A DNA stretch of 63,878 nucleotides, filler included, from Reticulomyxa filosa (GCA_000512085.1; 22 parts of 22 records of this genome joined end to end with filler, not necessarily neighbours in it); one strand, 5' to 3'. Shown: positions 26,684 to 40,018, counted from the whole stretch's first letter. Translations and numbers: made by a program. Notes: generated by a model not told the origin, from the letters alone.

Positions 26684-27812
26684 ATGGAAGTATCAGCCGA
26701 GACAAATAACCCTCCCGAAGAATATGTGTGTCCAATAACGAAAGATTTGATGGTGAGACCGGTGATGTTGTTGTCGGACGGAACAACATATGAGGAAAGA
26801 GCATTGGAGGGAATGGTTGAAAGAGAACAACACAAGCCCGTTGACAGGATTGGAGTTGACAACAAAAGAAACGAAGCCGAATTACAATTTGAGACAGGCA
26901 ATAGAGACTTACAAAAAAGGGAGGTTGAATAAGGACTCGGAAATGGTAGAGTTTTTGACAAAGCATAAATTGGAAGACTATGTGTCAATGTTGATATTGG
27001 AGGGATTCCAAGATATGAATGATTTGAGTCAAGTGACATTTGCAGATTTGATAGCAATGGATATGCCAAGAGGACATGCAAGAAGATTGTTACAGCAGTT
27101 GTCAGTGTTGAAGCAGAATGAAAGTAAAGATAATAGTAATGATAATGATAATGGTGTTATTTTATCAACAGGGAAATTACCTAAATCAAATAATAATAAT
27201 CATTTAAATATAAATGTATTATTATTAGGTGATGCATTTGTGGGAAAAACATCATTGCGAAAACGAATGGAATTGAATGAATTTGTATTAACGAATGCGA
27301 CGAATGGAGTGGAATTGTCGTGTTTGTTAGGACATTTTAAAGACGAGCCTTTGCAAGTGACAGTGTGGGATCCAGCGGGACAAGAACGATATGCGCCCAT
27401 CGCCAAAACCTTTTTTCGTAGAGCACATGGCGCAGCAGTTGTATTTTCGGCAGACGATCCCAGCACTTGGAAAGGAGTGGAATATTGGTTTAATGAATTG
27501 GATAACAATGCTCCAGACGATATTGAAGCCATTTTGATTTGCAATAAAATTGACGTTATCGAAAATGATCACAATTATTCTGAAACTGATTATTCTTATC
27601 CATTGCTTCAAAAAGCTATCGAAGTTGCACGCTCTCGTAGAATGCCTTTGTATTTGACTTCCGCCAAATCTGGTGAATGTGTTAAACAAGCCTTTCAAGA
27701 ATTAGTTTCTCAAATATTGATTAATTCATCAATTCTTCAAAAATTATTTCATGAAAGAGATACCAATATTATTGCTATTCCTAATTCTAATTCTAATTCT
27801 TCTTCTTCTTCT
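26684..27812 (+). CDS. U-box + SAM + Rab-like GTPase fusion protein (intronless, one frameshift near 26807-26811, 3' truncated)
   Basis: U-box: PEEYVCPITKDLMVRPVMLLSDGTTYEERAL / EWLKENNTSPLTGLEL..PNYNLRQAI. SAM: EFLTKHKLEDYVSMLILEGFQDMNDL..DLIAMDMPRGHARRLL. Rab: GDAFVGKTS, WDPAGQERY, NKID, TSAKSG. Confidence 0.88.
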
Positions 27813-28019
27813 NNNNNNNNNNNNNNNNNNNNNNNNNNNNNNNNNNNNNNNNNNNNTTAATTAATTAANNNNNNNNNNNNNNNNNNNNNNNNNNNNNNNN
27901 NNNNNNNNNNNNGGTTTTTTTTTTTTCATGTTTGTGTGTGTGTGTGTGTGTGCGCACTGTTTTAAGCTTGTTTTTTTGTTATTTGTTAATAGCTTCGTTG
28001 TTTTATTATACAATCTTAC

Positions 28020-28146
28020 TTCTTCTTGCTTCACTGATCGCAAGCTTGTCACTGTAAAAATCTCTTTCGGAATTTTACTGTCTGCATTCTTGCTTGAGGT
28101 TGTAGAGCCAACAGAAGACTTCCGACGGGCAAAAAATGGAAACATG
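28020..28146 (-). CDS. Possible first exon of an unknown gene (partial)
   Basis: MFPFFARRKSSVGSTTSSKNADSKIPKEIFTVTSLRSVKQEE followed by a GTAAG donor and a (CA)n/poly-A intron to the contig edge. Confidence 0.45.
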
Positions 28147-31100
28147 TTCAGGAATAATATTATTATATTTTGAATATATTTTCGATATTTCCTTCCAGTT
28201 TTTTCTAGTTCAGTATCCATATTTACCAATCTTCTCTTATACACAATGGAAAGTAAAAAATTCCAGAAATGTTTATTGTATTTACTTTTTGTTTAATCAA
28301 TATACTTGGATTGGTTGCAAAATCAACAAGTTGGACACAGGCGTTCGGTAGCCCCTTTTCTCAAAAACAATGTGTGCACAATCCGCATGTCGGTGTTTAC
28401 CTGGCACAGCTCAATGTTCTTTTCCTTTTCTATCTACTTTAAACGATCATTTTCAACCCATTTATTGTTGTCATATATCATTCTTGGAGAAGCAAACCAG
28501 AAAAGGCCACAACCCTCAAACTACGACAGTCGTCTTGGAAAAGACAGCATTAAAATATGTGAATTTGAATTGGACCAATAACTTCAATTTCAAAAAATTT
28601 ATTTATTTGTGCTATTTATAGAGTCATTATTATAATTATTAAAATTAATATTAAATTTAAAATTATTAATTAAAATCAAAATCAATTAATCAAACAATTA
28701 AATCAAAAAATAAATTAACTGGATACCATTGGAAGAAATCAGGAATCTTGCGAATAATAATTTTTTCACAACTATTCCAAAACAGACAAAGGATTGCAAG
28801 TATGTCAGTGTGATAGAATAAAAACAAATAGATAATGAAAATAGTAAATACAAACTAAACTTGGGAAAGCGTAGAAATGCGCAGTGACAGTCATCCTCCT
28901 TCGTGTTGCATTGGTATTTGTCTCGAAGATTGTAAGTAGGCAACGACACACTTAAGTGCTTGCTTGTTACATCATACTTTCACATAGTTGGGACCACTGT
29001 AACGGGACGCAACGCATCCCTAATGTGCGCACAATATCAAATGGCACAAGTCAAATGACTGTCCATAGATATCGAGCGTCCGCTGGGGTCGTCATTATCG
29101 CCATATCTGTCCACATCTTTGGACTATATCTCTCTTGCAGGACCGAATGGTATCGACGGCCTAAACATGTGATGCAACATTGCATCAAGTCGTGGTCTCC
29201 AGCGTGCAGCAACACATATCGAACTTTGAAGGGGAGCCATGATCCAACGTTTTCACAGGAACACAGGCATGTAACATGAGGAAAATGTCACAACGATAAT
29301 AATCCAATAATCCAATCCAAATAATAAAAAAATAAAAAATTAAAACAAACTTACTTAAAAAAAAACAACAAGTAATTCAAAATGGACACAAGTAGACCAA
29401 TACAGTGGTGACACTCATTATCTATACTTTATATATCTCCCTATCTCTATCATAAAACACCTCACTGCCAAAGAAAAAAAGACAAGTAAAAAAATCAGCA
29501 AAATAAAGTGCTACACAATAATGGGAAAAAAGGTGATTAAGGAACAAGGGAGAAAGTGTGAACAAAAAGGGGAAGAAAAAATGCAAATGGGGAACATTAT
29601 GAACAACGAGGGCGAAAAAAGTTGCAAAAAGTGCAACTGGTACAAAATGTAAAAAAAATAAATAAATAAATAAATAAAATCAAGATGGCTGGACCAATTT
29701 CAGCCAATTAATTCCATTTCCACCAATTCTGCGATCTCCAAACAATAACAATATATAAATAACTCGAAAAGCAGAGTAATCTCTTCACGACCGTCGTCAG
29801 CCGGTAAATGGGCGAATTTAATACATAGCTTGGTCTATGTTCGCCTTCTGTTAACACAGCCATACTGGCCGGTAACACCAAGGGTGGAGACATTACTTTA
29901 ATGACCATCATCAGACAGACACTACCACTTCGGTCATGCAAGAATTATTTGTCGGTGATGCTTACAAGCAAACCTTTATCATATGTTGTCTTTGGTTTGA
30001 ATCAATTCACCGACACGCCCGTTGCACGCATGCATGCGATTATGCATCGCAATCGTTGTAAGCGCATTATTACGCTGACGGCTGATTGGCTCCTTTTTAC
30101 TGGAGTCCACTAACGACCACCAATCCACCAAATATTCACCTACAATCAAATACCACTTCTCACAATCATTCCACCACCTCACGACGACACGACTCCACAA
30201 GACGACGATCTTACGACAACGGATCGCCGACGTCTGTTTGTTTGTAATGGTGTTTCACAACTCCAAACTTTCGAGCATTAAAAAACAAAGGAAATGTGCT
30301 TGTTTAACTTTGCTCGAACGAAACGGGCGCTGGTCTCGATATTAAGCGCGCCACCACCGATGCCAAACACAAACGACGAACGGACAGTTTCAAAAAAGGG
30401 AATAAACGTTCATACAATGACACTTTTCAAATTTTTTTTTACAACAAAAGAAGTTTCCTTAAAAATGAAATATTTGTTGCTTTGTAAATTTCAATTACGA
30501 AACATGTTCATCCAAGCGGGATACAATCAAACGTTGCCTAGTTTTATAATAAAATTTGATTTTTTAAGATTAACTACAAATTACTCAGTGACATGAAATA
30601 AATCGAATATTTAGGGTCAATCAAAAGTTATTCATCTAACAGACTTATTTTTAAACGTCTTTTTAATTGTTGTTATTTGCAAGACATTATTTTTGATTGT
30701 CTTCGCATTGAAAGTAAATTCCTCTTCACTATCCACTTGCAATGAAAAAAGCAAAAATTGTGTGCATAAATTAAAAAAGTTTGGAGAAGAGATTATAAAA
30801 TCAATGGACAAATAAAAAGATACAATCACTCCTGTCAAACAAAGTTAAACAATTGTCTCAGTGATTGACCTTGATCTTCACCTCTTCTGTCAATTTTTTC
30901 AAAGATTTAAAAAATATTTTTGGGACGTGAGACATTGTTCAATCAAATTTAAGAGCTTGTTGTAATGATATCTTGTTAATTGTGAGCAGTTGTCATCTGC
31001 TACTTAATTCATGCAAGGGTTGCATTTGCTGCCAAACAACATGATTCTAATGCCATTGTGCTCGATGGAATACATTAAAATCATTCAATAAATGATTTAT

Positions 31101-31973
31101 CAATGTATTGCTGATATTCGACATCGAATTATACTTACACTGTCTTAATGCACTCACTGCGTTTTGTTCGTCCATTTCTATAGTTCCTTTTTCTTGACAA
31201 TACCTTGCTGTCCATTTTTGTGTTATTGATCGATTTATTTATTGTTTTGCTCATTTATTTGAGAACATATATATGTAGATATGATGACGTGTTTAAAATG
31301 TACCAATTTGAAAATAAGGCACTCCAATATTTTTACTTTGTTTCTGAGATAATTCATTCTAATATCCAAAATGACTGCCGTGTTTTGGGATCATGTATCA
31401 TTATATATCCCGTTGTTAAAGTGAATGGCTGGAAACGTGTAGAAAGCTGTTTGCTTCTCCAAGATATGATATATGATGGAGCGAGAATGTTCTTCTGAAG
31501 AAGTAGGAAAGGAAAAGAACATTGAAATATATCCAGTACACCAACATGCGAATTCTACGTACATTGTTTTTGAGAAAAAGGAGTTGCCAACGATTCTGTG
31601 TTCAACTGTTACCAATTTTTTTTTCGATTCTCTTTTAACAAAATATTTTAATAACAAAATTTCATTGGATTTTGCCAATATTTGATACACATTAACTTTT
31701 TTTTTTTCAAGCTGTAAGAATCGTGTTTATTTTGTAATAAAAAGGAAAAATTTTAAAAATGAACTTTTTAGTTGTATCGGAGCAATAGTTGAAGTTGCTT
31801 CATTGCGTCAACTCAAACTTCGTTTCTAATTGGATGCCACTTTGTAACTTTGTTTTTCTCTGGTTGCGTTAAAAAACAGTGAACACTGCGTTATGCAAAA
31901 AAAAACAAGGAATATAAAAATGGGCCACAAAACAACAAATGATTAGGTAAAAAAAACAAAGAAGAAGAAAAAA

Positions 31974-32605
31974 ATGAACGACGGTGATAAAACAAAGCGA
32001 ACAGGGGATGAGCAAATATTGAGAATGAGCGAAAGTATATTGAATAGCACAGATGGGAGCCGAGTTGCAGGTTCGCCACGTTCCCCTCATTCAATAGACA
32101 TCTCTACTCACAATTCACCGAATGTGAATAATAATGCTCGATATACAAATAGTACGACAGTTACCAGCACTTTGCCGGTGACAACCACGGCATTGGGTCA
32201 CAACAACGCAAATAATAGTAACAACACCAACAATTACAATAACCGCATTTCTGGGAATGAAATGAGGATAACAATGAGTGATCAGCAGAGACAAGATAAA
32301 ACAAACAATGACGGAAGAGAAGAGGCACCCGATATGGCAATGCGAATCATTCACGGCGACGACATGCACGGTGATGAAAAAGACATTGAAGAAAAAGACA
32401 TTGAAAAAAAAGACGACAACGACGAAGAAGAAAAAGAAGAAGATATTTTCATCATTGTCGAAGATGAAGGCAAGGATGTTGAAAATGAAGTATTGATGTT
32501 GTCGCAAGACGAACATGATCGTGACAATGAAAAAGACAATGATGGACATGACCGACATGACAGAAATGAACGGGAAGAATTCGATTATGAAATGTTTCGA
32601 ACACA
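31974..32605 (+). CDS. Hypothetical protein, disordered N/D/E-rich N-terminus (partial)
   Basis: About 210 open codons from the ATG to the contig edge, with coding-like composition and no recognisable domain. Confidence 0.6.
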
Positions 32606-32705
32606 NNNNNNNNNNNNNNNNNNNNNNNNNNNNNNNNNNNNNNNNNNNNTTAATTAATTAANNNNNNNNNNNNNNNNNNNNNNNNNNNNNNNNNNNNNNN
32701 NNNNN

Positions 32706-34050
32706 CACCACCACCACCACCACCACCGTCGTCATCATATTCGTACTCTTCTCTATTGCTATCGCTCGATTCCGGAATGTACTCGTCGTTGTCACTTTCG
32801 TCATTGTACTTGCTCTTTTTAATTCTTTTCTTCGATTGTACTTTTTCGTTTTGCTTGGCTCGGATGGCCTGCTGCTCACGCTTGATCGCTTCGAATCGCT
32901 GCTCTTGCTTGCGACGTGCAGTCTCTTCCATCAAATGCACCATTGCGTCAAACGTCTGGTTGTTCATTTCCTGCTCTTGCTTTCTTCGATCTTCCGCTTT
33001 TTGCACTTCACGGTTCCTTTGATCTTTCAATGCTTGAATCTCTTCGAAGGAATATTGCAACGAATTCGGCTGCTCCAACGGCGCGTCGCACGAGTTGCCC
33101 ACTTTGCTGTTGATGGCCAGTCGACACTCCCAGTTGCTTGGGACCGTCCAGCCGTTGCGAACCAACAGCGTCGGCACATACGTTATTCGCCATTTCTTGC
33201 ATTTCGTACATTGCGCCCATTGCGGCAAGTGTGACAACCGCGGCTGCGCTTGCAAATGTGATTGTGCTTGTGGATGGAGATGTGCTTGCATTTGCGCTTG
33301 AGCTTGAGCTTGTGCTTGTGCTTGAGCTTGAGCTTGAGCTTGAGCTTGTGCTTGCACTTGAGCTGGAGATTGTGGATGTGTTTGGGCAGCAGTAAGACCA
33401 TGCGCATGGCCGTGACCATGTCCGTGTCCATGTCCATGTCCATGTGTATGCGTATGACTTGAAGCAAAAGGATGTGTCATTGCATTTGGACTGCCTACGT
33501 GGAGTTGCTTTTGCAATAATTGCGCACTTCCATGTCTCACTTGGTTGTTGTTTGTTAATCTCAATTTTAATGTTTCCAAGATATTGTTGGAATTGGCATT
33601 GCCATTATTATTATTATTATTATTGTTGTTGTTGTTGTTGTTATTGTTGTTACCATTGCTATTATTACTATTATTATTATTATTGTTATTGCCATTGTTG
33701 TTGTTATTGTTGTTGTTATTATTATTGCTATTGTTAGAAGAAATCTGCCCATGTCCTTGTATGGGCATTTGTCCCTGTGCTTGCACTTGCACTTGCCCTT
33801 GAGCTGGGAAGTAAGGAGTGGAACTATTCATATTCATGTTCATATTCATGTTCATGCCATTCATCAATTGCTGCAATTGATTCTTGCACGCTTGGTATTG
33901 CAGCCCTGCATCACTCAACGATTGCTGGACTTGGGGAATGGAATATTGTCCTGTTGGAAATTTCAAATACTGTTGATATTGTGCTATCTGTGGATATATT
34001 TATTGTTGTATAATGTGACCCGTTTCCCAATTGTCCAATACCTATCTTGA
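32706..34050 (-). CDS. CW-type zinc finger protein with poly-N, (HG)n and (QA)n low-complexity regions (partial)
   Basis: QWAQCTKCKKWR...PSNWECRLAINSKVGNSCDAPLE at about 33070-33222 fits the zf-CW pattern W-x-x-C-x2-C-x-KWR...W-x-C...C-x-x-P-x-E. A coiled coil and acidic tail follow. Confidence 0.85.
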
Positions 34051-34239
34051 AGCCGATTGGAATAATACACACACACACACACACANNNNNNNNNNNNNNN
34101 NNNNNNNNNNNNNNNNNNNNNNNNNNNNNTTAATTAATTAANNNNNNNNNNNNNNNNNNNNNNNNNNNNNNNNNNNNNNNNNNNNAATAAATAAATTGTG
34201 TGTTTTATTTTTGTATGACGGATGCAATGATATATCATT

Positions 34240-36070
34240 AGCCTGTGTCGCTATGAAAATAAGTGGACTGAATTCGATATTCCAAGGGGGACAGACTTTC
34301 AACCGGTTCAATGTACTGCCGACATCAACTTATATATCCGACGGAAGACGCATGTGGTCTAATGGTCGTGGTGTGAAGGTGTATTTCAGCAAGCGATGGT
34401 TCCCGCAAGTTGGAGTTTGGGTAATATCGAATGGCACGCTATCCGTGGTGCAGAATCGCACGCAACTTACAAACGACGCCCCAGGCACCTCAAGTGGCAC
34501 GTATGGACTTTGGGATCACTTTGTCAATAACAACGTCTACCAAGCCATCCAATTTCGCATCACTTTGCGCATGACCTGTTTATCCGTTACGACAGCTTGG
34601 CCAACACCCCTGCCGACCAAGGCGCCTGTCACGACCAAAGTGCCAACTTCAGTTGCTCCAACGTTGTCACCAACGCAAAGTAATCTTTTTGTTCAATATC
34701 TTTCATTTTTGTTTGTTGTTTTGTTTCCGATACACATTCCCCTCTTTTGAAGTTTAAAAAAAAAAAAAAAAATGTTGTTTTTTTTGTTGTTGTTGTTGAT
34801 GAATTCAAGCTTGTACGACCCTGCAGTTGGTTCGCAAACAATCAACGTGTCCTGGAGAAATTGCAAATCGACTGTCAGGATATTTTCTCAGACAAACTTC
34901 AACCTTCAATGGTAAAGTACACTTCACTGGAGTGGATACAACCCAAGGGTCGAATATTTTCTGGAGCGATTTGTATGGAACGTGGGTGATTGACGGCACG
35001 TCGTCCGTTGGTTATAGCGCTTTGTCTCTTGTCAATATCACTCAACATTTCCCTCCTCAACTGTCCTCCTGGACTGTGATTGAACAAACTGACATGTTTC
35101 ATTTGGATTGTGAAATTACTTTTCAATACATATGTTCCAGTTAGTATGACGTGTGTTGTCTTGTCTTTTTTTTTTGTTTGTTTTGTTTTGTTTTGTGTAA
35201 GAGAAAAACGATATAAAGACATTGACTGAGATGAGAAAAGGACTGAAGTCATAGTACAATGTTGTGCTCGTGTATCTATACACTATAATGGTGTACACAT
35301 ATATATATAAATATACTTTGGTTTGTTTGTCATATATTGAACGTTACAGGTTCCAAATACCCAACGTTAGCCCCAACCCCGTCACCTGTGACAAAGGCAC
35401 CAACCAGTGAAGTAGCTTTTTTGTTGCAAAAAAAAAAACAAAAAACAAACAACAACAAGTGAGGGTGATGTTTTTGTTTGCTGTAACCGTGCTTATGTAC
35501 GGATATATAATTCACAGAACAAACAAGTGCACCAACTCATTCTCCAACAAAAAGGCCCACAAAAAGACCGACAAAAAGACCAACAAGGCCACCCACAGCC
35601 GCGCCTACTAGTTGAGTAGTTTGCAATGTACGGATATTCGGCTATAGTGCATCTCTTCTTTTTTTTTTTTTTTTTCCCGTAGATAATGATAGGGCATACA
35701 GAACAACATTTCAATTTTGTTTTTATTTATTTCCACATATGTGAAAAGGTGCCCCAATTGACAAGTGCGATGGCCTTACAGTGACCGGAACTAAGGACAA
35801 ACTCTCGCAGAGATATCAAATATCTCGAACTGGAACTATTGCCAAAAGAAACTATTGGAATGCTGTGAGTGGTGACGCACAAGTGTTTTTTTCAAATTCT
35901 TCCGCTTACAACACATGGGTTATCAATTCTGCCTCTCTGGGGATATATTGGCTGGCACGTAGTACACCTCCAAAGCAACCTCCGTTGAAAAGTGTATGGG
36001 ACAAGTACCTGGGTACTTCACCATTTATCGACTCTTCTGCGAACTTAACCTTGATTTGCAATAGTTTGCA
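34240..36070 (+). CDS. Extracellular/surface protein fragment with three roughly 100-aa Cys-bounded modules separated by PT-rich linkers
   Basis: Modules share C..x(n)..[FY][FW]S..WVI..PP..W..C. Linkers are PTPLPTKAP, PTSVAPTLSPT and PTKRPTKRPTAAPT. GT-AG introns. Confidence 0.7.
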
Positions 36071-36094
36071 AGAAAAACACACACACGAGACGTA

Positions 36095-36131
<37 letters not shown>

Positions 36132-36231
36132 NNNNNNNNNNNNNNNNNNNNNNNNNNNNNNNNNNNNNNNNNNNNTTAATTAATTAANNNNNNNNNNNNN
36201 NNNNNNNNNNNNNNNNNNNNNNNNNNNNNNN

Positions 36232-37390
36232 ATATATATATATATATATATGTATATATATGGCAAACAAAATACTTGAAAACTACTGCCTGTCTCTGCT
36301 ATGGAATAAGCAATGGCTCCACCATTTTCAGTGCAAGTGTTATCCAAAAAACGACATCCGGCCACCCTCAGAACGTGGTAATTGGTTTGAACCTGTGAAA
36401 ACGACGTGTTCAAGGACGACAAGTTGTGATCATTGACCACATGTTTCACAAACAATGCACCACCGTTTTGATTGATATTTACAGCGCGGTTGTTCTCAAA
36501 CGTGCAATTCAATATACATATTTGATGGACCGACTCATCTATATTCCAAGTCGCGGCTGTCTCATTTTTGTTTCCAAAAATGCTGTCATCACCGGTCACG
36601 TTTTGAAACAGTGCAACGTAAATTGCTCCTCCACCGCTTGCGCTGTTATCATCTACAATGTGTATTCAAGTTTGTTTATTTTTTATTATTTTTGGCATTT
36701 TCCTTTTGAATTTAAAAAAACAGGCAAAAAAAAAAAAAAAAAATGGAGTATATAAAAGAGAGCCAGAAAGAATGTGATATTATATATGTACGTATACATA
36801 TACACATATATGTAACCTGTTTGGAGCCCGTCTTGTTGGGGCAGCAATAAAAGGCTATTGTCAACAAAGGTACAATTTTTAAGAAAAAGTCGCATTCCTG
36901 TCGTCAATCCAACATTGTCATTGAATCCATTGGCATTTTTTTTAAAATTGGACACATGTGTGGTACTGGTAAACCCAATGGCGGCTCCGTATTTCCAAGC
37001 CAGATTTTGTGCAAACTGACAATTTGTGACGATCATCATTGCATCGCTCTCCATATTGGTTTCCACGTAAAACACCCCTCCATTGAATACGTTGGCGCTG
37101 TTCACAAACAAGCTCCTGTCGATCCAAATTACGGAGGTATTGGACGAATTTGAATTAAAAAAGCTGTCATTGCTCCCCAAGCGATTCGACTCCGAAAACA
37201 AGAGTACAATATTCCCACTCATTACCTGGCTATCCGGTGATGTGTTCACTGTCACATTCACGTACTTGCTCACACGCATTTGCAACGCAGTGTCGCGCAA
37301 AAGCATTATCGCACCATTGGAGTAAATTGTCAGATTCAAAAACCGAGTGTTCAAAAACGAAAGCTTTTTTTTTTTTTTTTTTTTTTTTTT
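36232..37390 (-). CDS. Parallel beta-helix protein with polymorphic-membrane-protein-type FxxN/GGA repeats (partial)
   Basis: FVNSANVFNGGVF, CQFAQNLAWKYGAAI, CTFENNRA..NGGALF, CRFLDNTCTENGGAIA. Confidence 0.75.
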
Positions 37391-37736
37391 NNNNNNNNNN
37401 NNNNNNNNNNNNNNNNNNNNNNNNNNNNNNNNNNTTAATTAATTAANNNNNNNNNNNNNNNNNNNNNNNNNNNNNNNNNNNNNNNNNNNNAATATAGTTT
37501 AATTGAAAAGATTTTTAGTTTTTTCAAAAAAAAAATAATAAAAAAGCATTCTTAATATTCTTTTCACTTACTAACTTTGATTGTGAGGTCAGTGCTTACA
37601 AAAAAAAGGGGCAACCCGGGAGAAAAATAAAATACATTACACAAATGATACATCAGCTGAAGCTCAAGACAAAAAAATTTTTTCAATCATTGTGCACATT
37701 TCTTCTAAAAGTATAAAACAAAAAAAACAGCAAATT

Positions 37737-38012
37737 TAGTCAAAGACTCGCAAATTGAAATCCCAACAGCCAGTCGCCAATACATATCCATCATCAAATA
37801 CTCCCAAACATGAAACACGCTTATCGTGTGACAAACCATACAAATAGTCTCCTCGCAATGTGCTCCATCAGGACCTTCACTGTGTAATGGTCTATTGCTC
37901 TGGTTTACATAATGGTTTATTTGTTGGTACGGTTGGATATTAAACAATCGAATGTTGTCATCATCGGAGCCCATTGCCACACAGTTAGCATCAGGGAACA
38001 ATTGAACACTAT
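37737..38012 (-). pseudogene. G protein beta subunit (WD40) 3' fragment, internally deleted and frameshifted
   Basis: NSVQLFPDANCVAMGSDDDNIRLFNI (WD5-like) and, in another frame, [34 protein letters not shown] (compare G-beta GHENRVSCLGV..DG..VATGSWD). The intervening repeat is missing. Confidence 0.75.
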
Positions 38013-38874
38013 TTCATAACATGCAAAAAAAGATTTATATATAAAACTTTATTGCAATAACAAAATGTATGCATTATAATATTTCTTTAAAGTGTAAAAA
38101 AAAAAAAAAATTTTAAAGTTCAATTTTCCCCTTCCCCTCATTTAGAGATGATTCTGGGAGACAACACCTCACTCCAAACTCTGGATTAGATCGACATCAA
38201 TATAGTCACAACTAGGCGAGCATACATAGCACAACGGCAATGACAAAAGTCCATCTGACTAACAAGAGGAAGCAGGAGGAGAAACAGCGCTAGGTGGTTC
38301 TTCTGAATCTGTTTTTTTTGTGGATGGACACAAATGACTTTCTTGGACCGTATCATCAACAATGCCAGGAACCAAGTTTTTCAGAAATGTGTCTACATTT
38401 TCTTTTTTGTGTTCATCAATGAAAGCATCTAGCCACGGTGTGCCATACATTTTCCCATTTCTAATTATTTTTTTTTTTGGTAAAGTTCATTCCAATGTGC
38501 TCATGCGTGACCCCCTTTTTAATAAATACACAAAAAAAATTATATGCAATATATATGTATANNNNNNNNNNNNNNNNNNNNNNNNNNNNNNNNNNNNNNN
38601 NNNNNTTAATTAATTAANNNNNNNNNNNNNNNNNNNNNNNNNNNNNNNNNNNNNNNNNNNNAAAAATAAAAAGGGGTAAAGAAGTATTAAAAGCAAAAGA
38701 AAAGGCGTCAGCTCCAGTGGTAGAAGCAGCGACAAATGAATCGTGGAACGACGAACGAAGAAAAAGTGGAAGAAACAAAAAAAGGAGGACTAGGAGTAGA
38801 ACAGCAAGTTCAGACGGAGATAGGTCCAGAATGTACGTACACAATACATTTACACATTTGTATATATTTAACCA

Positions 38875-39065
38875 GTATGGAATGTTTGCAGCAATGCACG
38901 ATTTTCGTTTCGAATTTGAGATTAAAACGTCCAACGACTTGTCCAGTTGGCAAACTTGGCATTGAAAATAGAAACCTCCATTGGATGAACATGAATGTGC
39001 AAAGATACTTCCCGCTTCATTGGCCGGGATTGGACTGGATGGTCTGGTTTCTACCGTTTGCAAAT
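38875..39065 (+). pseudogene. Lipase maturation factor (LMF1/2)-like C-terminal domain remnant
   Basis: YGMFAAM..RFEFEIKTSNDLSSWQTW.*K*KP then (frameshift) RYFPLHWPGLDWMVWFLPF, matching the LMF pattern YGxF..R.E..IEGS.D...W...KP...PRLDWxMWF. In-frame stops are present. Confidence 0.6.
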
Positions 39066-40018
39066 GCATCGATGATTACTCGCCGAAGGGAGCATTTCCC
39101 ACGTGAAAAACAGCAAAGGAAATGGTTATCTCCCTCGCTGATATGTGCAGTTAATGATCAAGATTTTACAACAAGATCTCTACTGTCATGCAACTGCTTG
39201 ATGTTCGCAGAAACCAAAATTTGTTCGAACTGTGGTTTACAACTACCGAATTCCTAAGTGGAATTGGAAAAAAAACGAGTGACAATCATGATTAGAGATG
39301 GTGGGAAATTACTGGACCTTTTCATCGATTCAATCACATCTCTTTAGAGAACCTTTAATTTTTTAAAGGCTACACTGCTATCAAGAAAAAAGGAGTAAAA
39401 TAGTCACTTACATTTTTATATAGATGCTCGTTTGTAGTCGTTATGAAAACGCTAAAAATTTGCTTTCGCAATAACTCATTTGTAAATAATAATATAAAAT
39501 TATGTACAATTTAAAAGCACAATTGATAAATGATATAAAGAAATAACAAAAAGAAACAAGTTTTGAGTATCAAAATGTTGAAATGTAATTGAGTAATAAT
39601 TATCAATACAAATTAAATTCTATCACCAATAAAAAATAAAAATAGACATCCACCATAATAGAGTTTGACATTTTATTTGCTTATATAATCCGAGAATGAC
39701 TGATAAAAAAAAGCGAAACTGTTTAGTTTAATATATATGTTTTGTATTGTTAAATAAACAATGGCACTCTTTTTTTTAATGTCCGAAATTTTAAAAAAAG
39801 ACTTTGAAAGGATGTAAAATTATATCAATCTAAAATGAAATTTGTAAGTAAAAAAAAAAAACAACTTGAAACCTGGAAATGACAATATCAATGGTGTTAT
39901 TTTTTTTTTAAACTTTTTGTATCAGCCACCTTTTTATATGTATGCCTTTGCAAGTCCTAAAAAGAGGGAAAAAAAAAAAGAAAGCATTTAAGAATTGAAA
40001 ATACGATTGTAAATGTAG

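Noticed and set aside
2810-26815. Programmed ribosomal frameshifting in the RING, THOC5 and U-box genes
   Set aside because: The shifts fall in short homopolymer or dinucleotide runs with no shared slippery or stop motif. Sequencing indels are more likely; read-level data would decide.
28880-30260. GC-richer islands as possible ncRNA or genes
   Set aside because: No tRNA, rRNA or snRNA motifs are recognisable and there is no coherent reading frame.
4418-38012. G-alpha, RGS and G-beta as a signalling gene cluster
   Set aside because: They lie on different contigs separated by linkers, so linkage cannot be inferred; the G-beta is also a pseudogene.
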